Source: Dehalococcoidia bacterium (GTDB taxonomy: Bacteria > Chloroflexota > Dehalococcoidia > DSTF01 > WHTK01). From it: DNA of 64,000 bases. The notes beneath the pieces were generated by a model. It ran no database searches. It was not told the origin of the DNA and saw nothing but the letters and a program-made list of their open reading frames with translations. Of this stretch, positions 36,544 to 47,853 are shown piece by piece; positions within the stretch are counted from its first letter, which is position 1, and every line of letters starts with the position of its first letter. The DNA lies in assembly GCA_965225815.1 (NCBI GenBank), contig CBDDBP010000007.1:221621-285620 (forward strand). The letters are read 5' to 3'. The position numbers and the translations under genes are program-made.

Positions 36544-37337
36544 TGACTACGACTCTGGGAGGGCTCGCGATACGTGGCCTGCGCGTTTCATACGGACAAC
36601 GGGAGGTGCTGCGTGGTGTTGACCTTGACGTCACAGCCGGTGAGATCGTGGGCCTGGTGGGTCCCAACGGCGGCGGCAAGACCACGCTGCTGAAGTCGAT
36701 CACGCGGGGCGTGTCGATCGCGTCCGGCGATGTCAGTATTGGCGGCGAAGACGTGACCCAGCTGAGCCCGAGGGAAATAGCGCGCCGTGTCGCGGTGGTG
36801 TCGCAAAGCTCCACGCTGCCGGTTGGCTTCCTGGCGCGAGAGATCGTCGTCATGGGCCGTACGCCGTACCTGCGCTTCCTGGAACAAGAGGGGCCTGACG
36901 ACTACAGACATGCGGACGCGGCGCTGGCGTCGGTGGGCGCCGAAAGCCTGGCGCACCGTCGGGTGGAAGAGCTATCCGGCGGCGAGCGACAGAACGTGGT
37001 GCTGGCGCGAGCGCTGGCTCAGGAGACGCCGTTGCTATTGTTGGACGAGCCGACCGCGAACCTGGACATCGGGCATCAGGTGGTGATCGCGCGGCTGCTA
37101 CAGCGGTTAGCGCGAGAACGCGACGTTGGCGTGCTGGCGGCGCTGCATGACCTGACGCTGGCCTCGTTGTACTGCGACCGTCTGGTGCTGCTGTCCGGCG
37201 GCAGCATCATCGCGGAAGGCACGGCGGCAGAAGTGCTCAGGCGCGAGAACCTGAGGCTGGCCTACGGCGCCGATGTGGTGGTGCTGCGAACGGAGGGCCT
37301 ACCGGGCCCGATCGTGCTGCCGCTAGAGCCGGACTAG
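36543..37337 (+). CDS. ABC transporter ATP-binding protein (BtuD/FecE-like)
   Basis: Walker A GPNGGGKTTLL, signature LSGGERQNVVLARAL, Walker B LLLDEPTANLD. Confidence 0.8.
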   Translation: MTTTLGGLAIRGLRVSYGQREVLRGVDLDVTAGEIVGLVGPNGGGKTTLLKSITRGVSIASGDVSIGGEDVTQLSPREIARRVAVVSQSSTLPVGFLAREIVVMGRTPYLRFLEQEGPDDYRHADAALASVGAESLAHRRVEELSGGERQNVVLARALAQETPLLLLDEPTANLDIGHQVVIARLLQRLARERDVGVLAALHDLTLASLYCDRLVLLSGGSIIAEGTAAEVLRRENLRLAYGADVVVLRTEGLPGPIVLPLEPD

Positions 37338-37711
37338 ACGCCGCCTCGCCGCCCTCGGAGTTTTGAGTAGAGCTTGGTTTGGAAGCTGGTGGTTGAGTAT
37401 TCGGCCTCAGTTGATTCCAGCGTGACGACGGAGTCGGGCAGGTCGCGACCTTCGACGTTGAGAATGGCCTTGACGTCGCGACCGTAGATACCGCGACGGA
37501 ACCACTGAAACTTGGCCTGACCCTCGGCGTTTGTCTCACGCATCAGGTCCTTGGCGTTGTGCGATGGCTGCAAGCTGCCGTCGCCCTCGATGCTGATTGA
37601 GACGTCTTTTCCGGGGAGGATTTGGCCGGCCGCGTCTCGTAAGGTCAGTAGGTAGTCGAACCGGGCCTTGGGCTCCTGGGCCTCGATGAAGATTTCAGCG
37701 CTGGCGCTCAA
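37334..37711 (-). CDS. hypothetical protein, possibly a bacterial Ig-like (Big_1-like) domain
   Basis: 125 aa. The pattern ...ISIEGDG...TNAEGQAKF...VKAILNVEG... suggests an Ig-like beta-sandwich. No signal peptide. Confidence 0.3.
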   Translation of the reverse strand: MSASAEIFIEAQEPKARFDYLLTLRDAAGQILPGKDVSISIEGDGSLQPSHNAKDLMRETNAEGQAKFQWFRRGIYGRDVKAILNVEGRDLPDSVVTLESTEAEYSTTSFQTKLYSKLRGRRGGV

Positions 37712-37770
37712 TTTTGCTTCTCCTGTGTGATTTCTCTGCCGTATTTTACGACGAGCAAGCGTATCGCGAT

Positions 37771-38145
37771 TCAGATCGGCTCGGGTGGCGGTGATTCGTC
37801 CGTCCCGGTATCGCCGAGGCGACGCCGGATCTCGTCTTCGATTTCGCGCATCTGCTCCGGCGTGATGCCGAGCTTCTGCATTGTGTCCTGCAGCAGGCGC
37901 TGCACTTCTTCCATGTCATGTTGAATCAGAGCGTCGGCAAGCTCCATCTGGGTTTCGACGGCGACGAAGGCGTCGCGACGCTCTGCCTGACTCTGCGTCG
38001 ATAGAATAGTCGACATAAGACGAGCAAAGAGGTTGCTGGTCCTCGCGATGCGGATGCGGTCCTGGGGGTCGTCGGGAAAATCACCCGTAATGGCGACTTC
38101 GAGGCCGGTCCGCTTATCCGTGGCGACGTATTGCTCAGGAGCCAT
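37771..38145 (-). CDS. hypothetical protein (124 aa)
   Basis: Intact ORF with an acidic C-terminus. No homology recognised. Confidence 0.3.
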   Translation of the reverse strand: MAPEQYVATDKRTGLEVAITGDFPDDPQDRIRIARTSNLFARLMSTILSTQSQAERRDAFVAVETQMELADALIQHDMEEVQRLLQDTMQKLGITPEQMREIEDEIRRRLGDTGTDESPPPEPI

Positions 38146-38194
38146 GGACTCATTGTAACGCGAGTCGGGTTAGAGGCAGCGCTAGAATTGAGGC

Positions 38195-38872
38195 GTGAGC
38201 GAGTTGCAGTGGCAGCCAGGGGACGAAGTCCTGCTTCGCAATTCAGGCTTCTTCGTCGGCGAAGCCTGGGCAACGCCCCACGTCGTCGTGCTCGATAGCG
38301 AGGAGCTGGTCGTTTTGTACCGGCCAGAGGGCACTGCCTTCGAAAGCTGGGGCTTCCGCGAACAGCGCCTGGTTCCGCTGGGCCGGACGAAGATGGACAT
38401 GCTGCGTCTGATGTTCCCCGGCAAGGACTACGCCGTGGAGCTTTTCTTCGATACGGAGAGAGGTTTGCCGGCGTATCAGGTTTTTCGAGGTGAAGGGCGA
38501 TTTCGGGGCTGGAAGGTCAACATCGAGGCGCCCTATGAGCGATTCGATCTCGGTTTCGACACGACAGACCACTTTCTCGACATCATCGTGCGGCCGGACC
38601 GTAGCTATGCCTGGAAAGACCAGGAAGTCATGGCATCCTGGCTCGCCCGCGGGGCCTCTAGCCACGACGAAGTTGAGCGTTTCTATGCGGCGGGCCGTGA
38701 GCTAGAACCCTTAATCGAAGCCCAGCTGTCGCCGTTTGACGACGAGTGGACGAACTGGCGACCAAGCCAGGTAACGGCGAATCCATCTGTACCCAAAGGC
38801 TGGCAGGAGCTCGCGGGGATCGAGATCACGCATGGGCTCGAACGGCGCTGGGACGCCTGGTTGGGCCGCTAG
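38195..38872 (+). CDS. DUF402 (FomD/YgaC-like) family protein
   Basis: [17 protein letters not shown]...WKVNIEAP...[15 protein letters not shown]...WKDQEVM matches the DUF402 organisation. Confidence 0.45.
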   Translation: MSELQWQPGDEVLLRNSGFFVGEAWATPHVVVLDSEELVVLYRPEGTAFESWGFREQRLVPLGRTKMDMLRLMFPGKDYAVELFFDTERGLPAYQVFRGEGRFRGWKVNIEAPYERFDLGFDTTDHFLDIIVRPDRSYAWKDQEVMASWLARGASSHDEVERFYAAGRELEPLIEAQLSPFDDEWTNWRPSQVTANPSVPKGWQELAGIEITHGLERRWDAWLGR

Positions 38873-40917
38873 CCGAGGGCCAACTCGAGCTGGGTCTTCA
38901 GCTCCGTGGGGTCCGTTGTAGGGGCCTGACAGACGTAGCGTTCGCAGAGATATGCGGTTGGTAGGCCTCTGAGGGCATCGCGATCGTCGAGCAGGGGTGT
39001 TGGGTTGTTGGCCTGGCCTGAGGGTCCACCGACGAGGAGCAGGTTGGGGGCATAAACGCCACGTACCGGATCCAGCAAGTCGGTGTGGGCGGCGGTAGGG
39101 CCGGGCAGGACGATGGCCAGTTCTTGAGGGGTCGAGAAGTGGAAATCGAGCGCCGCGAGCAGGCGTCCGAATGCGGTTGGCGTGTTCTCGAGATAGGGCG
39201 CAAGCGTACGGAGGCAGGTCGCGGCGCGCCGCTCGTAGTCGGCGTTGTCGGTGAGCAGGGCGAGTTTCAGCAGCACGTCGACGGCGACTGAGGTGCCGGA
39301 AGGCGTGGCGTTGTCGAAAAAGTCGCGCGGGCGGGTGATCAGGGTTTCGTGGTCGCGGCCGGTGTCGAAGAAGCCTTCGACCTCGTCGTCCCAGAAGAGG
39401 TCGATCATCTCGTCCGAGAGCTGAACGGCGGCGCTTAGATAGCGGCCATCAAACGTGGCGGCGTGCGTGGCGATGAGACCGTCGATGAGGTTTGAGTAGT
39501 CCTCAAGGTAGCCGTTGAGCCGGGCGACGCCGTCTTTCCAGGTGCGCAGCAGCCGAGCTTTGGGTCGCATTTCTTTCAGTAGGAAGTCGGCGTTCGCAGT
39601 CGCGGCGTCGCGGTAGGGTTTGGCGTCGAAAGCGACGGCGGCTTCGGCGAAGGCGCGGAGCATGAGTCCGTTCCAGGCCGTGAGGACCTTCTCGTCACGG
39701 CCTGGATGGATTCGCTGCTCCCTGGCCGCGTACAAGCTGGCTTTCGCCGCGTCCAGCTTCGCTTCGAATTCCTCTGAGGTCAGGGCGTTTTCCGCCGCAA
39801 AGGTTTCCGGCGGTTTGCGGACGTGAAGGATGTTGCTGTCCTCGAAGTTCCCGCCCTGGCTTGCCCCGTAGAAGGCCCCAATTACGGATGCTTCATCGCC
39901 GAGGACGGCTTCTAATTCGGCGACGGTCCAGACGAAGAACTTGCCTTCCTCGCCCTCGGAGTCGGCGTCCTGGGTGGAATAGAAACCGCCCGAGGCGTCC
40001 GTCATCTCGCGCAGTACGTAGTCGAGGATCTCCTGCGTGATCTGGCGATAGAAGGGCTCGCCGGTGAGCTTCCAGGCGTCGAGGTACAGGCGGGCGAGCA
40101 AGGCGTTGTCGTAGAGCATCTTCTCGAAGTGCGGGACAAGCCAGACGGCATCGGTGGAGTAGCGGTGGAAGCCACCGCCGACCTGGTCGTACATGCCGCC
40201 CTGGGCCATGGCCCGCAGCGTCTTATGAATCGCTTCCAGCGCGGCCGGCGATTGAGATTGGCGCTGCCGGCGTAGGAGGAAGTCGAGCGTCATGGCCTGG
40301 GGAAACTTCGGCGCGCTGCCGAAGCCACCGAAATCGCTGTCGTGAGCGCCGAGAATCGCCTCCACGGCCTGGTCGAGGAGAGGCGGCGTGAGGAGGGTAT
40401 CGCTGGACTGAAGGCGAGCGGGCGAAGCGATGGCCTGGACCAGCTGAGCGCCCGCGTTGATGACGTCCTGGCGCTTCGATTTGTAAGCATCAGCGACCGC
40501 TTCGAGAAGGCGCGGGAATCCCGGCATTCCCTGTCGGTCGGCGGGCGGGAAATAGGTGCCACCGTAGAAAGGGGTCGCTTCCGGGGTGAGGAAGACGGTC
40601 ATTGGCCAGCCGCCGCGGCCGGTGAGCGACTGCACGGCTTGCATGTAGATGCTATCGACGTCTGGGCGCTCTTCACGGTCGACCTTGATGTTGATGAAGA
40701 GGCGATTCATCTGCTCGGCGATGGTGGCGTCCTCAAACGACTCGTGGGCCATAACGTGGCACCAATGGCAGGCGGAGTAGCCGACCGAGAGCAGGATGGG
40801 CTTGTCGGCTTCGCGGGCAGCCGCGAAGGCTTCGTCGCCCCAGGCGTACCAGTCGACCGGGTTGTCTTTGTGCTGGAGGAGGTAGGGGCTGGTTTCGTTG
40901 GCCAGACGGTTAGGCAT
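38869..40917 (-). CDS. thioredoxin-domain protein YyaL/DUF255 fused to an alpha/alpha-toroid domain
   Basis: [20 protein letters not shown] (DUF255 thioredoxin-like) followed by a six-hairpin glycosidase-like region. Start is taken at the internal ATG 40917; the track starts at 40962. Confidence 0.7.
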   Translation of the reverse strand: MPNRLANETSPYLLQHKDNPVDWYAWGDEAFAAAREADKPILLSVGYSACHWCHVMAHESFEDATIAEQMNRLFINIKVDREERPDVDSIYMQAVQSLTGRGGWPMTVFLTPEATPFYGGTYFPPADRQGMPGFPRLLEAVADAYKSKRQDVINAGAQLVQAIASPARLQSSDTLLTPPLLDQAVEAILGAHDSDFGGFGSAPKFPQAMTLDFLLRRQRQSQSPAALEAIHKTLRAMAQGGMYDQVGGGFHRYSTDAVWLVPHFEKMLYDNALLARLYLDAWKLTGEPFYRQITQEILDYVLREMTDASGGFYSTQDADSEGEEGKFFVWTVAELEAVLGDEASVIGAFYGASQGGNFEDSNILHVRKPPETFAAENALTSEEFEAKLDAAKASLYAAREQRIHPGRDEKVLTAWNGLMLRAFAEAAVAFDAKPYRDAATANADFLLKEMRPKARLLRTWKDGVARLNGYLEDYSNLIDGLIATHAATFDGRYLSAAVQLSDEMIDLFWDDEVEGFFDTGRDHETLITRPRDFFDNATPSGTSVAVDVLLKLALLTDNADYERRAATCLRTLAPYLENTPTAFGRLLAALDFHFSTPQELAIVLPGPTAAHTDLLDPVRGVYAPNLLLVGGPSGQANNPTPLLDDRDALRGLPTAYLCERYVCQAPTTDPTELKTQLELALG

Positions 40918-41102
40918 AGAACCAGTGTAGCCCTTGCAAAGCAGCGCCTTCAGCCAACCCAAAGCACATTTGATACGCTATATCCTCACCACGCATATAA
41001 CGCCCTGACGATCAACGTCACGAAACACTCCTGACATGATGCGGTCAGTACGTGTGTTCTATACTGGCAATCTGCGTGAAGTCAGCGCCGAAGGACAAGG
41101 CA

Positions 41103-42083
41103 TTGCAAGCGATCGAAGTCGAACAACTCCGGAAGGAATACGAAGGCGGGATTATCGCCGTAGCTGGCATCGACCTGGAGGTTGAGGCGGGGCAAGTGTT
41201 CGCGTTCCTTGGCCCGAACGGCGCTGGGAAGACGACGACGGTGCGGATGCTCACGACACTGCTACGGCCGACCTCAGGCCGGGCGATGGTGGCGGGCCTC
41301 GACGTCTACCGGCAACAGCACGAGATTCGCCGGTCGATTGGGGTTGCGTTGCAGGAAGCCGGCCTGGATGGCCTGGCGACCGGCCGTGAGTTGCTGGAGC
41401 TGCAAGGCAAACTGTGCGGACTGACCTCGAACGATTCGCGACGGCGCGCCGCGGAGATGCTGGAGCTGGTCGGGCTTGTGGACGCCGCGGAGCGCCAGGT
41501 CAAGACGTATTCGGGAGGCATGAAGCGACGCCTCGACCTCGCCAGCGCGTTGGTCCACGAACCTCGCATCTTGTTCCTGGATGAACCGACCGAAGGCCTT
41601 GACCCGGCCAGCCGGCAGTCCGTGTGGCAGGAAGTGCAGCGCTTAAACAAGCAGATGGGAATGACCGTCTTTTTGACGACGCATTACCTGGAGGAGGCGG
41701 ACCGCCTCGCGGACCAGCTGGCGATCATCGACCACGGCAGCATCGTGGCGCGGGGAACGCCAACCGAGCTGAAGGCCTCGATTGGCGCCGACGTCGTCAC
41801 GGTGACGTTCCACGACTCGGGCGCGGAGGTCGCGAAGCCACTGCTGGCCGAGATGCCAGGCCTGCGCGAGATGCGGCCGGAGGTGAACAGCGTGACGCTG
41901 TTCGTCGACAACGGGACGCAGGCCGTGGCGCAGGTGATCCGGATCCTGGACGGGGCGTCGGTTGAGGTGGCGCAGGTGGCCGTGGCGCATCCGAGCCTGG
42001 ACGAGGTGTTCTTGAAGGCAACCGGCTCGAGGCTCGAGGGCGCCGCGTCGGCCAAGGAGGCGAATGACGATGGCACTGGCTGA
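41103..42083 (+). CDS. ABC transporter ATP-binding protein (DrrA-like, ABC-2 exporter ATPase)
   Basis: Walker A GPNGAGKTTT, signature YSGGMKRRLDLASAL, Walker B LFLDEPTEGLD. Start is ambiguous (TTG 41103 after the AAGGA SD; GTG 41076; track 41052). Confidence 0.7.
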   Translation: MQAIEVEQLRKEYEGGIIAVAGIDLEVEAGQVFAFLGPNGAGKTTTVRMLTTLLRPTSGRAMVAGLDVYRQQHEIRRSIGVALQEAGLDGLATGRELLELQGKLCGLTSNDSRRRAAEMLELVGLVDAAERQVKTYSGGMKRRLDLASALVHEPRILFLDEPTEGLDPASRQSVWQEVQRLNKQMGMTVFLTTHYLEEADRLADQLAIIDHGSIVARGTPTELKASIGADVVTVTFHDSGAEVAKPLLAEMPGLREMRPEVNSVTLFVDNGTQAVAQVIRILDGASVEVAQVAVAHPSLDEVFLKATGSRLEGAASAKEANDDGTG

Positions 42084-42882
42084 GACGACGATGACGGGCG
42101 AGGCGACTCTGCCGGCGTGGAACTCCGTACGTCAAACGCTGCGGGCGACGATGCTGCTGGGCGGCCGCGAAATTCGGTTGGCGCTGCGCACGCCGATGTA
42201 TCTGCTGCCGAACCTGATCGTCCCGATCTTTTTCTACTTCATCATGTTGGGTTCGCTGGAGGACTTTGCGAATTCGGCCGGACTGGCGAACTGGGAGGGC
42301 TTCCTGCTGCCGATGTCGCTGATCTTCGCGGTTCAAGGCGGCAGCGCGGGGCTGAACATGGTGGCCGACATCGAGAGCGGCTACTTCGACAAGCTGTTGC
42401 TGACGCCGGCCAACCGGATGTCGCTGTTAATCGGCGCGATGATGGCCGACTTCTTCCGAGTCATGGCTCAGGCGGTGATCGTCTTGTTGGTCGCCGTGGC
42501 GGCAGGGCTGCACTTTGAGACCGGTGTTCTCGGCGCCATCGTGATGGTGATCCTGGCGAGCTTCTTCGGTCTCGCGTACTCGGGAATTGGCTTCACCATG
42601 GCGCTGCGGACCGGTAACGCGCAGGCAACCCAGAGCATGTGGTTCCTGTTCATGCCGTTCATGTTCCTGACGACGATGTTCGCTCCGAAAGAAGCACTCT
42701 CCGGCTGGTTGAGCACAGCGGCAACGGTTAACCCGATGACTTAAGTACTCCAGGGCCTGCGGTCGCTCTCTCTGGAGGGCTGGAACGCCGGTGACCTGGC
42801 GGTATCTGTCTTGACGATCGCGGTGTGGGCGACTCTCAGCATCAGCGCCGCATTCCTTGCACTCAGGGGTCGGGTGCGTTAA
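42064..42882 (+). pseudogene. ABC-2 type transporter permease interrupted by an in-frame TAA (42742-42744) at the conserved Tyr of the NP(L/M)TY motif
   Basis: The translation reads ...AATVNPMT*VLQGLRSLSLEGWNAGDLAVSVLTIAVWATLSISAAFLALRGRVR*. The downstream 46 codons stay in the same frame and encode the expected last TM helix. This could also be a sequencing error. Confidence 0.55.
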
Positions 42883-42894
42883 ACAGAAAAGCGC

Positions 42895-43407
42895 ATGGCT
42901 AACAGCACCAACACGAGCGATGGCGCGGTCCAAGAGGTCGCGGACGGGTACGAATTGCGCTTCGAGCGCGTCTACGACTCCGCGATCGAGGACGTCTGGG
43001 AGCTACTAACCGACTCGGATGGGGTTGAGAAGTGGCTCGGCGTCGCCGACGTGGAGCTTCGAGTCGGCGGGCGTTATCGATTGCTCGAGGTCGGCGGACA
43101 GGGCATCGCCGGGGTGATTTTGACGCTGGAGACGCCGAATCTGCTCGAATACACGTGGAATTCGGCCCAGTGGACCGGTGGCACGGTGCGCTTTGAGTTG
43201 ATCGAGACGGACGACGGGACGCGGCTCGTGTTTACACACATTCATCCGGCGAAGAGTTGGGAGCTATTCCGCTACAAGTCGCTGGCGGGTTGGCACACGC
43301 TGCTCGATCTGCTCGAACTGGCGGTCCAGGGCCGACCGGAGTCGTGGCATATGGGGCGCTGGCAGACGCATTACGATCGCTACCTTTCGGCGGGTGGGCT
43401 GGACTAG
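42895..43407 (+). CDS. SRPBCC-superfamily protein (AHSA1/activator-of-Hsp90-ATPase-like)
   Basis: ...VYDSAIEDVWELLTDSDGVEKWLG... matches the AHSA1/polyketide-cyclase-like family. Confidence 0.55.
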   Translation: MANSTNTSDGAVQEVADGYELRFERVYDSAIEDVWELLTDSDGVEKWLGVADVELRVGGRYRLLEVGGQGIAGVILTLETPNLLEYTWNSAQWTGGTVRFELIETDDGTRLVFTHIHPAKSWELFRYKSLAGWHTLLDLLELAVQGRPESWHMGRWQTHYDRYLSAGGLD

Positions 43408-43461
43408 TTCGTCTCGGTTGACACACCTAAGCCGAATCTGTAATGTTTTCCGCTGGCACCC

Positions 43462-43475
43462 CCTGTGACCACAGG
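43462..43475. promoter_or_regulatory. perfect dyad CCTGTG-AC-CACAGG about 180 nt upstream of rpsL; candidate operator/promoter element of the str operon
   Basis: Read directly. A second GTGACCAC lies 20 nt downstream. Confidence 0.25.
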
Positions 43476-43651
43476 TGTTAGGTCGTTTGACCTGAATGTG
43501 ACCACGGTCGATCGCTCTCCCGCCTTAAGTGGAGACTCCGCCGAGGAGAGGTCGACTAGCTCAGTAATAGGGCAACCGGCCTATGCGCTTGCCTACGGGC
43601 AGACGATGGGTGTGGTCAAAGGGAGCTTGAAAGAAGAAAGGGAGCACGGGC

Positions 43652-44065
43652 TTGCCAACGATTAATCAGCTGGTGTCCAAGGGCCGTAAAGTCCCGACTC
43701 GCAAGACCAAGGCGCCCGCTCTGCGCTGGCGCTACAACGCGCTGCACAACACAACGCAGTGGACAAAGGGTTCGCCGCAGAAGCGTGGTGTTTGCGTGCA
43801 GGTGCGCACGATGACTCCCAAGAAGCCGAATTCGGCTTTGCGCAAAATCGCGCGAGTCCGCCTGACCAACGGCATGGAAGTCACGGCCTACATTCCCGGC
43901 GAAGGCCACAGCCTGCAGGAGCACTCCGTGGTGCTGATCCGTGGCGGTCGCGTCAAGGATCTTCCCGGCGTTCGCTATCACATCATCCGCGGTGCGCTCG
44001 ACGCGTCGGGTGTGGCTAGTCGTCGCCGCGGTCGCAGCAAGTACGGCGCCAGGAAGGACACGTAG
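43652..44065 (+). CDS. rpsL: 30S ribosomal protein S12
   Basis: [12 protein letters not shown]...KKPNSALRK...; TTG start, 8 nt after AAGGGAG. Confidence 0.9.
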   Translation: MPTINQLVSKGRKVPTRKTKAPALRWRYNALHNTTQWTKGSPQKRGVCVQVRTMTPKKPNSALRKIARVRLTNGMEVTAYIPGEGHSLQEHSVVLIRGGRVKDLPGVRYHIIRGALDASGVASRRRGRSKYGARKDT

Positions 44066-44067
44066 TC

Positions 44068-44538
44068 ATGGCACGACGTGGCAAGGCGGCACGACGCGAG
44101 ATCCCGGCGGACGGCAAATACAGCTCCAAAATGCTCCAGATGTTTATCAACAAGGTCATGCTGGACGGCAAAAAGAGCACCGCTGAGCGCATTGTTTACC
44201 AGGCGCTTGGGACGATGGAGGAGCAGAGCGGACGTCCGGCGATCGACGTGTTCGACCAGGCGCTTCGCAACGCGACCCCGGCTGTCGAAGTGAAACCTCG
44301 CCGCGTCGGTGGCGCCACATACCAGGTACCGGTCGACATTCGAGCCGAGCGCCGTGTCTCCCTGGCAATGCGCTGGCTGGTCCGATCGGCGCGAGCCCGC
44401 CGTGGCCGTTCGATGGCCGAAAAGCTGGCGGGTGAACTAATGGACGCATCATCCGGTCAGGGCGCTACCGTAAAGCGCCGCGAAGATACACATCGTATGG
44501 CGGAAGCGAACCGCGCTTTCGTGCACTACCGCTGGTAA
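44068..44538 (+). CDS. rpsG: 30S ribosomal protein S7
   Basis: Canonical S7 sequence. 156 aa. Confidence 0.9.
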   Translation: MARRGKAARREIPADGKYSSKMLQMFINKVMLDGKKSTAERIVYQALGTMEEQSGRPAIDVFDQALRNATPAVEVKPRRVGGATYQVPVDIRAERRVSLAMRWLVRSARARRGRSMAEKLAGELMDASSGQGATVKRREDTHRMAEANRAFVHYRW

Positions 44539-44544
44539 TTAGCT

Positions 44545-46626
44545 ATGCCCCGTCCTTCCAACATCGAGAACGTTCGCAACATCGGCATCATCGCGCACAT
44601 TGACGCCGGTAAGACCACCGTGACCGAGCGCGTGCTTTATTACACGGGCCGAACCTACAAGATCGGCGAAGTCCACGAGGGCACCGCCGTGATGGACTGG
44701 ATGGCCCAGGAACGCGAACGCGGCATCACGATCACGGCTGCCGCGACGACCGCGGAATGGAAGGGCCACCAAATCAACATCATCGACACGCCCGGCCACG
44801 TCGACTTCACAGTCGAGGTGGAGCGCAGCTTGCGCGTACTGGACGGCGGCGTCGTGGTGTTCGATGCGGTTGCAGGCGTGGAGCCACAGTCGGAAACGGT
44901 GTGGCGTCAGGCCGACCGATACAACGTGCCGCGTATCTGCTTCGTCAACAAAATGGACCGCACGGGCGCCGATTTCTGGCGCACCGTCGACATGATCGCC
45001 GAACGCCTGGACGCACGGCCGGTGCCAATCCAGATCCCATGGGGAGTGGAAGCCGACTTTACCGGCATGATCGACCTGGTCGAGCAGAAAGCGCTTTACT
45101 TCACCGGCGAGCGGGACGATCCGCCAGAGGTGCGCGACATACCGCCCGAGATGCAGGAAGCTTACGAGCGCGCTCGTGACCGCCTGCTCGAAAAAGTGGG
45201 CGAGTGTGACGAACAGCTGATGATCTCGTACATCGAAGGCCACGAGGTGACGGCGCCGGAATTGAAGAAAGCGCTGCGGCGTGCGACGTTGGAAGGTCAG
45301 ATCACACCTGTCCTCTGCGGGACGGCGCTACGCAACAAAGGCACGCGCTTGCTGCTCGACGCGGTCATCGACTACCTGCCCTCACCGATCGACGTGCCGC
45401 CCGTTTTAGGCACGGACCCAAAGACCGGCGAGCCTGAGAAGCGCACGACCGACGCGGACGAGCCGCTGAGCGCCCTGGTGTTCAAGATCGTCACGGACCA
45501 GTACATCGGTCGTCTGGCCTACCTGCGGCTCTATTCTGGCAGGGCAACCAGCGGTATGCAGGTGCTGAACACGAGCCGCGACCACACGGAGCGCTTTGGC
45601 CGCCTGGTGCGGATGCACGCGAACAAGCAAGAAGAAGTCACCGAGGTCTTCGCCGGCGACATCGTCGCGGCGGTGGGCCTGAAGAACACGCTGACCGGCG
45701 ATACGCTGTCCGACCCTTCGAAGCCGATGCTGCTGGAGCCGATCAAGTTCCCGGAGCCGGTGATCTCAATCGCCATCGAGCCGAAGTCAAAGAGCGATGA
45801 GGACAAGATGGGCGAGGCTTTGACGAAGCTGGCAGATGAGGACCCGACGTTCCGGATTCACTACGAGGAAGAAACGGGACAGACGCTGATTTCCGGCATG
45901 GGCGAGCTCCACCTCGAAGTGCTGGTCGACCGCATGCTGCGCGAGTTCAGCGTTAACGCGAACGTAGGTCGCCCGCAGGTGGCTTACCGCGAGGCGCTGA
46001 CGCGAGGCACCGTCGCCGAGGGCCGCCACGTGCGGCAGACAGGTGGTCACGGCCAGTACGGTGTCGTGAAGCTGGACGTCGAGCCGGGAGAACGTGGGTC
46101 AGGCTTCATATTCGTGAACAAGGTCGTCGGCGGTTCGGTACCGCGTGAGTTTGTCGGGCCGACAGAAGATGGCGTGAAATCCGCGATGGAAAGCGGTCCG
46201 GTGGGCGGCTATCCGGTTGTCGACGTCAAAGTAACGCTGATCGACGGCTCGACTCACCCGGTCGACTCATCGGAGATGGCGTTCCGCATGGCCGGCATCG
46301 AAGGTATGCGCAAGGCAATGAACCAGGCCGATCCGGTGCTGCTGGAGCCGGTCATGAAGGGCGAAGTCCGTGTCCCGGAGCAATTTTTCGGAGATGTCCT
46401 GGGTGACATCAACGCTCGTCGCGGACACGTCATTGATGTCGAGTCGTTCGGGACGTTGCAGATCATTCGCTGCCAGATTCCTCTGGCGGAGACGTTCGGC
46501 TACACTACGGAACTGCGCTCGATGACGCAGGGGCGGGCGACTCACACCATAGAATTCGATCAGTACGAGGTCGTACCGGCGCACATCGCTGAGAAGCTTG
46601 GTGCGCGTACCAAGGTACACCGCTAG
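44545..46626 (+). CDS. fusA: elongation factor G
   Basis: [13 protein letters not shown]1 motif, DTPGHVDF, and the full five-domain EF-G. 693 aa. Confidence 0.95.
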   Translation: MPRPSNIENVRNIGIIAHIDAGKTTVTERVLYYTGRTYKIGEVHEGTAVMDWMAQERERGITITAAATTAEWKGHQINIIDTPGHVDFTVEVERSLRVLDGGVVVFDAVAGVEPQSETVWRQADRYNVPRICFVNKMDRTGADFWRTVDMIAERLDARPVPIQIPWGVEADFTGMIDLVEQKALYFTGERDDPPEVRDIPPEMQEAYERARDRLLEKVGECDEQLMISYIEGHEVTAPELKKALRRATLEGQITPVLCGTALRNKGTRLLLDAVIDYLPSPIDVPPVLGTDPKTGEPEKRTTDADEPLSALVFKIVTDQYIGRLAYLRLYSGRATSGMQVLNTSRDHTERFGRLVRMHANKQEEVTEVFAGDIVAAVGLKNTLTGDTLSDPSKPMLLEPIKFPEPVISIAIEPKSKSDEDKMGEALTKLADEDPTFRIHYEEETGQTLISGMGELHLEVLVDRMLREFSVNANVGRPQVAYREALTRGTVAEGRHVRQTGGHGQYGVVKLDVEPGERGSGFIFVNKVVGGSVPREFVGPTEDGVKSAMESGPVGGYPVVDVKVTLIDGSTHPVDSSEMAFRMAGIEGMRKAMNQADPVLLEPVMKGEVRVPEQFFGDVLGDINARRGHVIDVESFGTLQIIRCQIPLAETFGYTTELRSMTQGRATHTIEFDQYEVVPAHIAEKLGARTKVHR

Positions 46627-46669
46627 ATAGCCGCCCGAAAGGTGCGGAAGAGAAAGTAACCGAGCAAGC

Positions 46670-46978
46670 ATGCCACGACAGAAGATCAGGATCAGGCTCA
46701 AGGCTTTCGACCACCGCATACTCGATCAGTCTGCAGAGCAGATTGTGGAAGCGGCAGAGCGTACCGGAGTTACGGTTGCCGGGCCGGTGCCGCTGCCAAC
46801 CGAGATACAGAAGTTCACCGTGAACAAGTCCCCGTTTGTGGACAAGGACTCGCGTGAGCAGTTCGAGATCAGGACGCACAAGCGCCTGATCGACATTTTG
46901 GAACCGTCTTCCCGAACCGTAGACACGCTGATGCGCCTGCAGTTGCCGGCCGGCGTGGACATCGAGATCAAGCTGTAA
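46670..46978 (+). CDS. rpsJ: 30S ribosomal protein S10
   Basis: Canonical S10. 102 aa. It directly follows fusA, with no tuf between them. Confidence 0.95.
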   Translation: MPRQKIRIRLKAFDHRILDQSAEQIVEAAERTGVTVAGPVPLPTEIQKFTVNKSPFVDKDSREQFEIRTHKRLIDILEPSSRTVDTLMRLQLPAGVDIEIKL

Positions 46979-46980
46979 CG

Positions 46981-47853
46981 ATGGCGAACGCGATTTTTGG
47001 CCGTAAAGTTGGAATGACGCAGGTGTTCTCCGCCGGTGGCGAGGCACGTGGCGTCACTGTGGTTGAGGCTGGCCCTTGCACGGTGGTGCAGATCAAGACG
47101 CAGGAGCGCGACGGTTACGACGCGATCCAGCTGGGCTACGGCGAGCGCAAGCGAGTCACCGCCCCGATGAAAGGCCACATGAAGCAGTTGGGGCAGTTCC
47201 GCTACCTGCGGGAGGTACGCGTGGACGACCCGAATGAGTACACCGTGGGCCAAACCCTGGGCGTGTCGTTGTTCGAAGAGGGCGAAATCGTTGACGTCGT
47301 GGGAAAGTCGAAGGGCAAAGGCTTTGCCGGCGTCGTGAAGCGATACCATTTCCACGGCGGTCCGAAGACGCATGGCCAGTCCGACCGCCACCGCGCACCG
47401 GGCTCGATTGGCGCCGGCACTTCGCCGGGCCGGGTTCGCAAGGGCTTGCACATGGGGGGCCACATGGGCGACGACCGCGTCACGGTGAAGAACCTGCGTG
47501 TCTTCGATACAGACGAAGCGCGCAATGTACTGCTTATCGAAGGTGCTGTTCCCGGCGCGAAGAACGGCCTGCTGCGAATCCGCAAGACAGGCAGGCTCAG
47601 CAACCAGCCCAAGCTGGAGCGCCCCGCGCTACCGGTTGTCGAGGACGAAGAAGTGCCGGCCGCGGCAGAAGAGGCGGCTGAAGACACCGAAGCGCCCGTG
47701 GTCGCGGCTGAGGAAGCTCCAGTGGCGGAGGCTGAAGAGGCTCCCGAAGCCACGAGTGAGGCAGCGCCAGAGACAGAAGCAGCGACTGAAGCGGTGGCCG
47801 AAGAGGAACCCGCCGCCGAGGCCGCGGAAGAGTCAGAAGAGAAGCCGGAATGA
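46981..47853 (+). CDS. rplC: 50S ribosomal protein L3 with ~80-aa Ala/Glu/Pro-rich C-terminal extension
   Basis: Canonical L3 core, followed by ...[33 protein letters not shown]...EESEEKPE. Confidence 0.9.
   Translation: MANAIFGRKVGMTQVFSAGGEARGVTVVEAGPCTVVQIKTQERDGYDAIQLGYGERKRVTAPMKGHMKQLGQFRYLREVRVDDPNEYTVGQTLGVSLFEEGEIVDVVGKSKGKGFAGVVKRYHFHGGPKTHGQSDRHRAPGSIGAGTSPGRVRKGLHMGGHMGDDRVTVKNLRVFDTDEARNVLLIEGAVPGAKNGLLRIRKTGRLSNQPKLERPALPVVEDEEVPAAAEEAAEDTEAPVVAAEEAPVAEAEEAPEATSEAAPETEAATEAVAEEEPAAEAAEESEEKPE

Noticed and set aside
43465-43665. 66-aa ORF immediately upstream of rpsL
   Set aside because: It lies in the str-operon leader/promoter region and has no RBS or coding-like composition. 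The region is better explained as 5' UTR carrying the dyad element.
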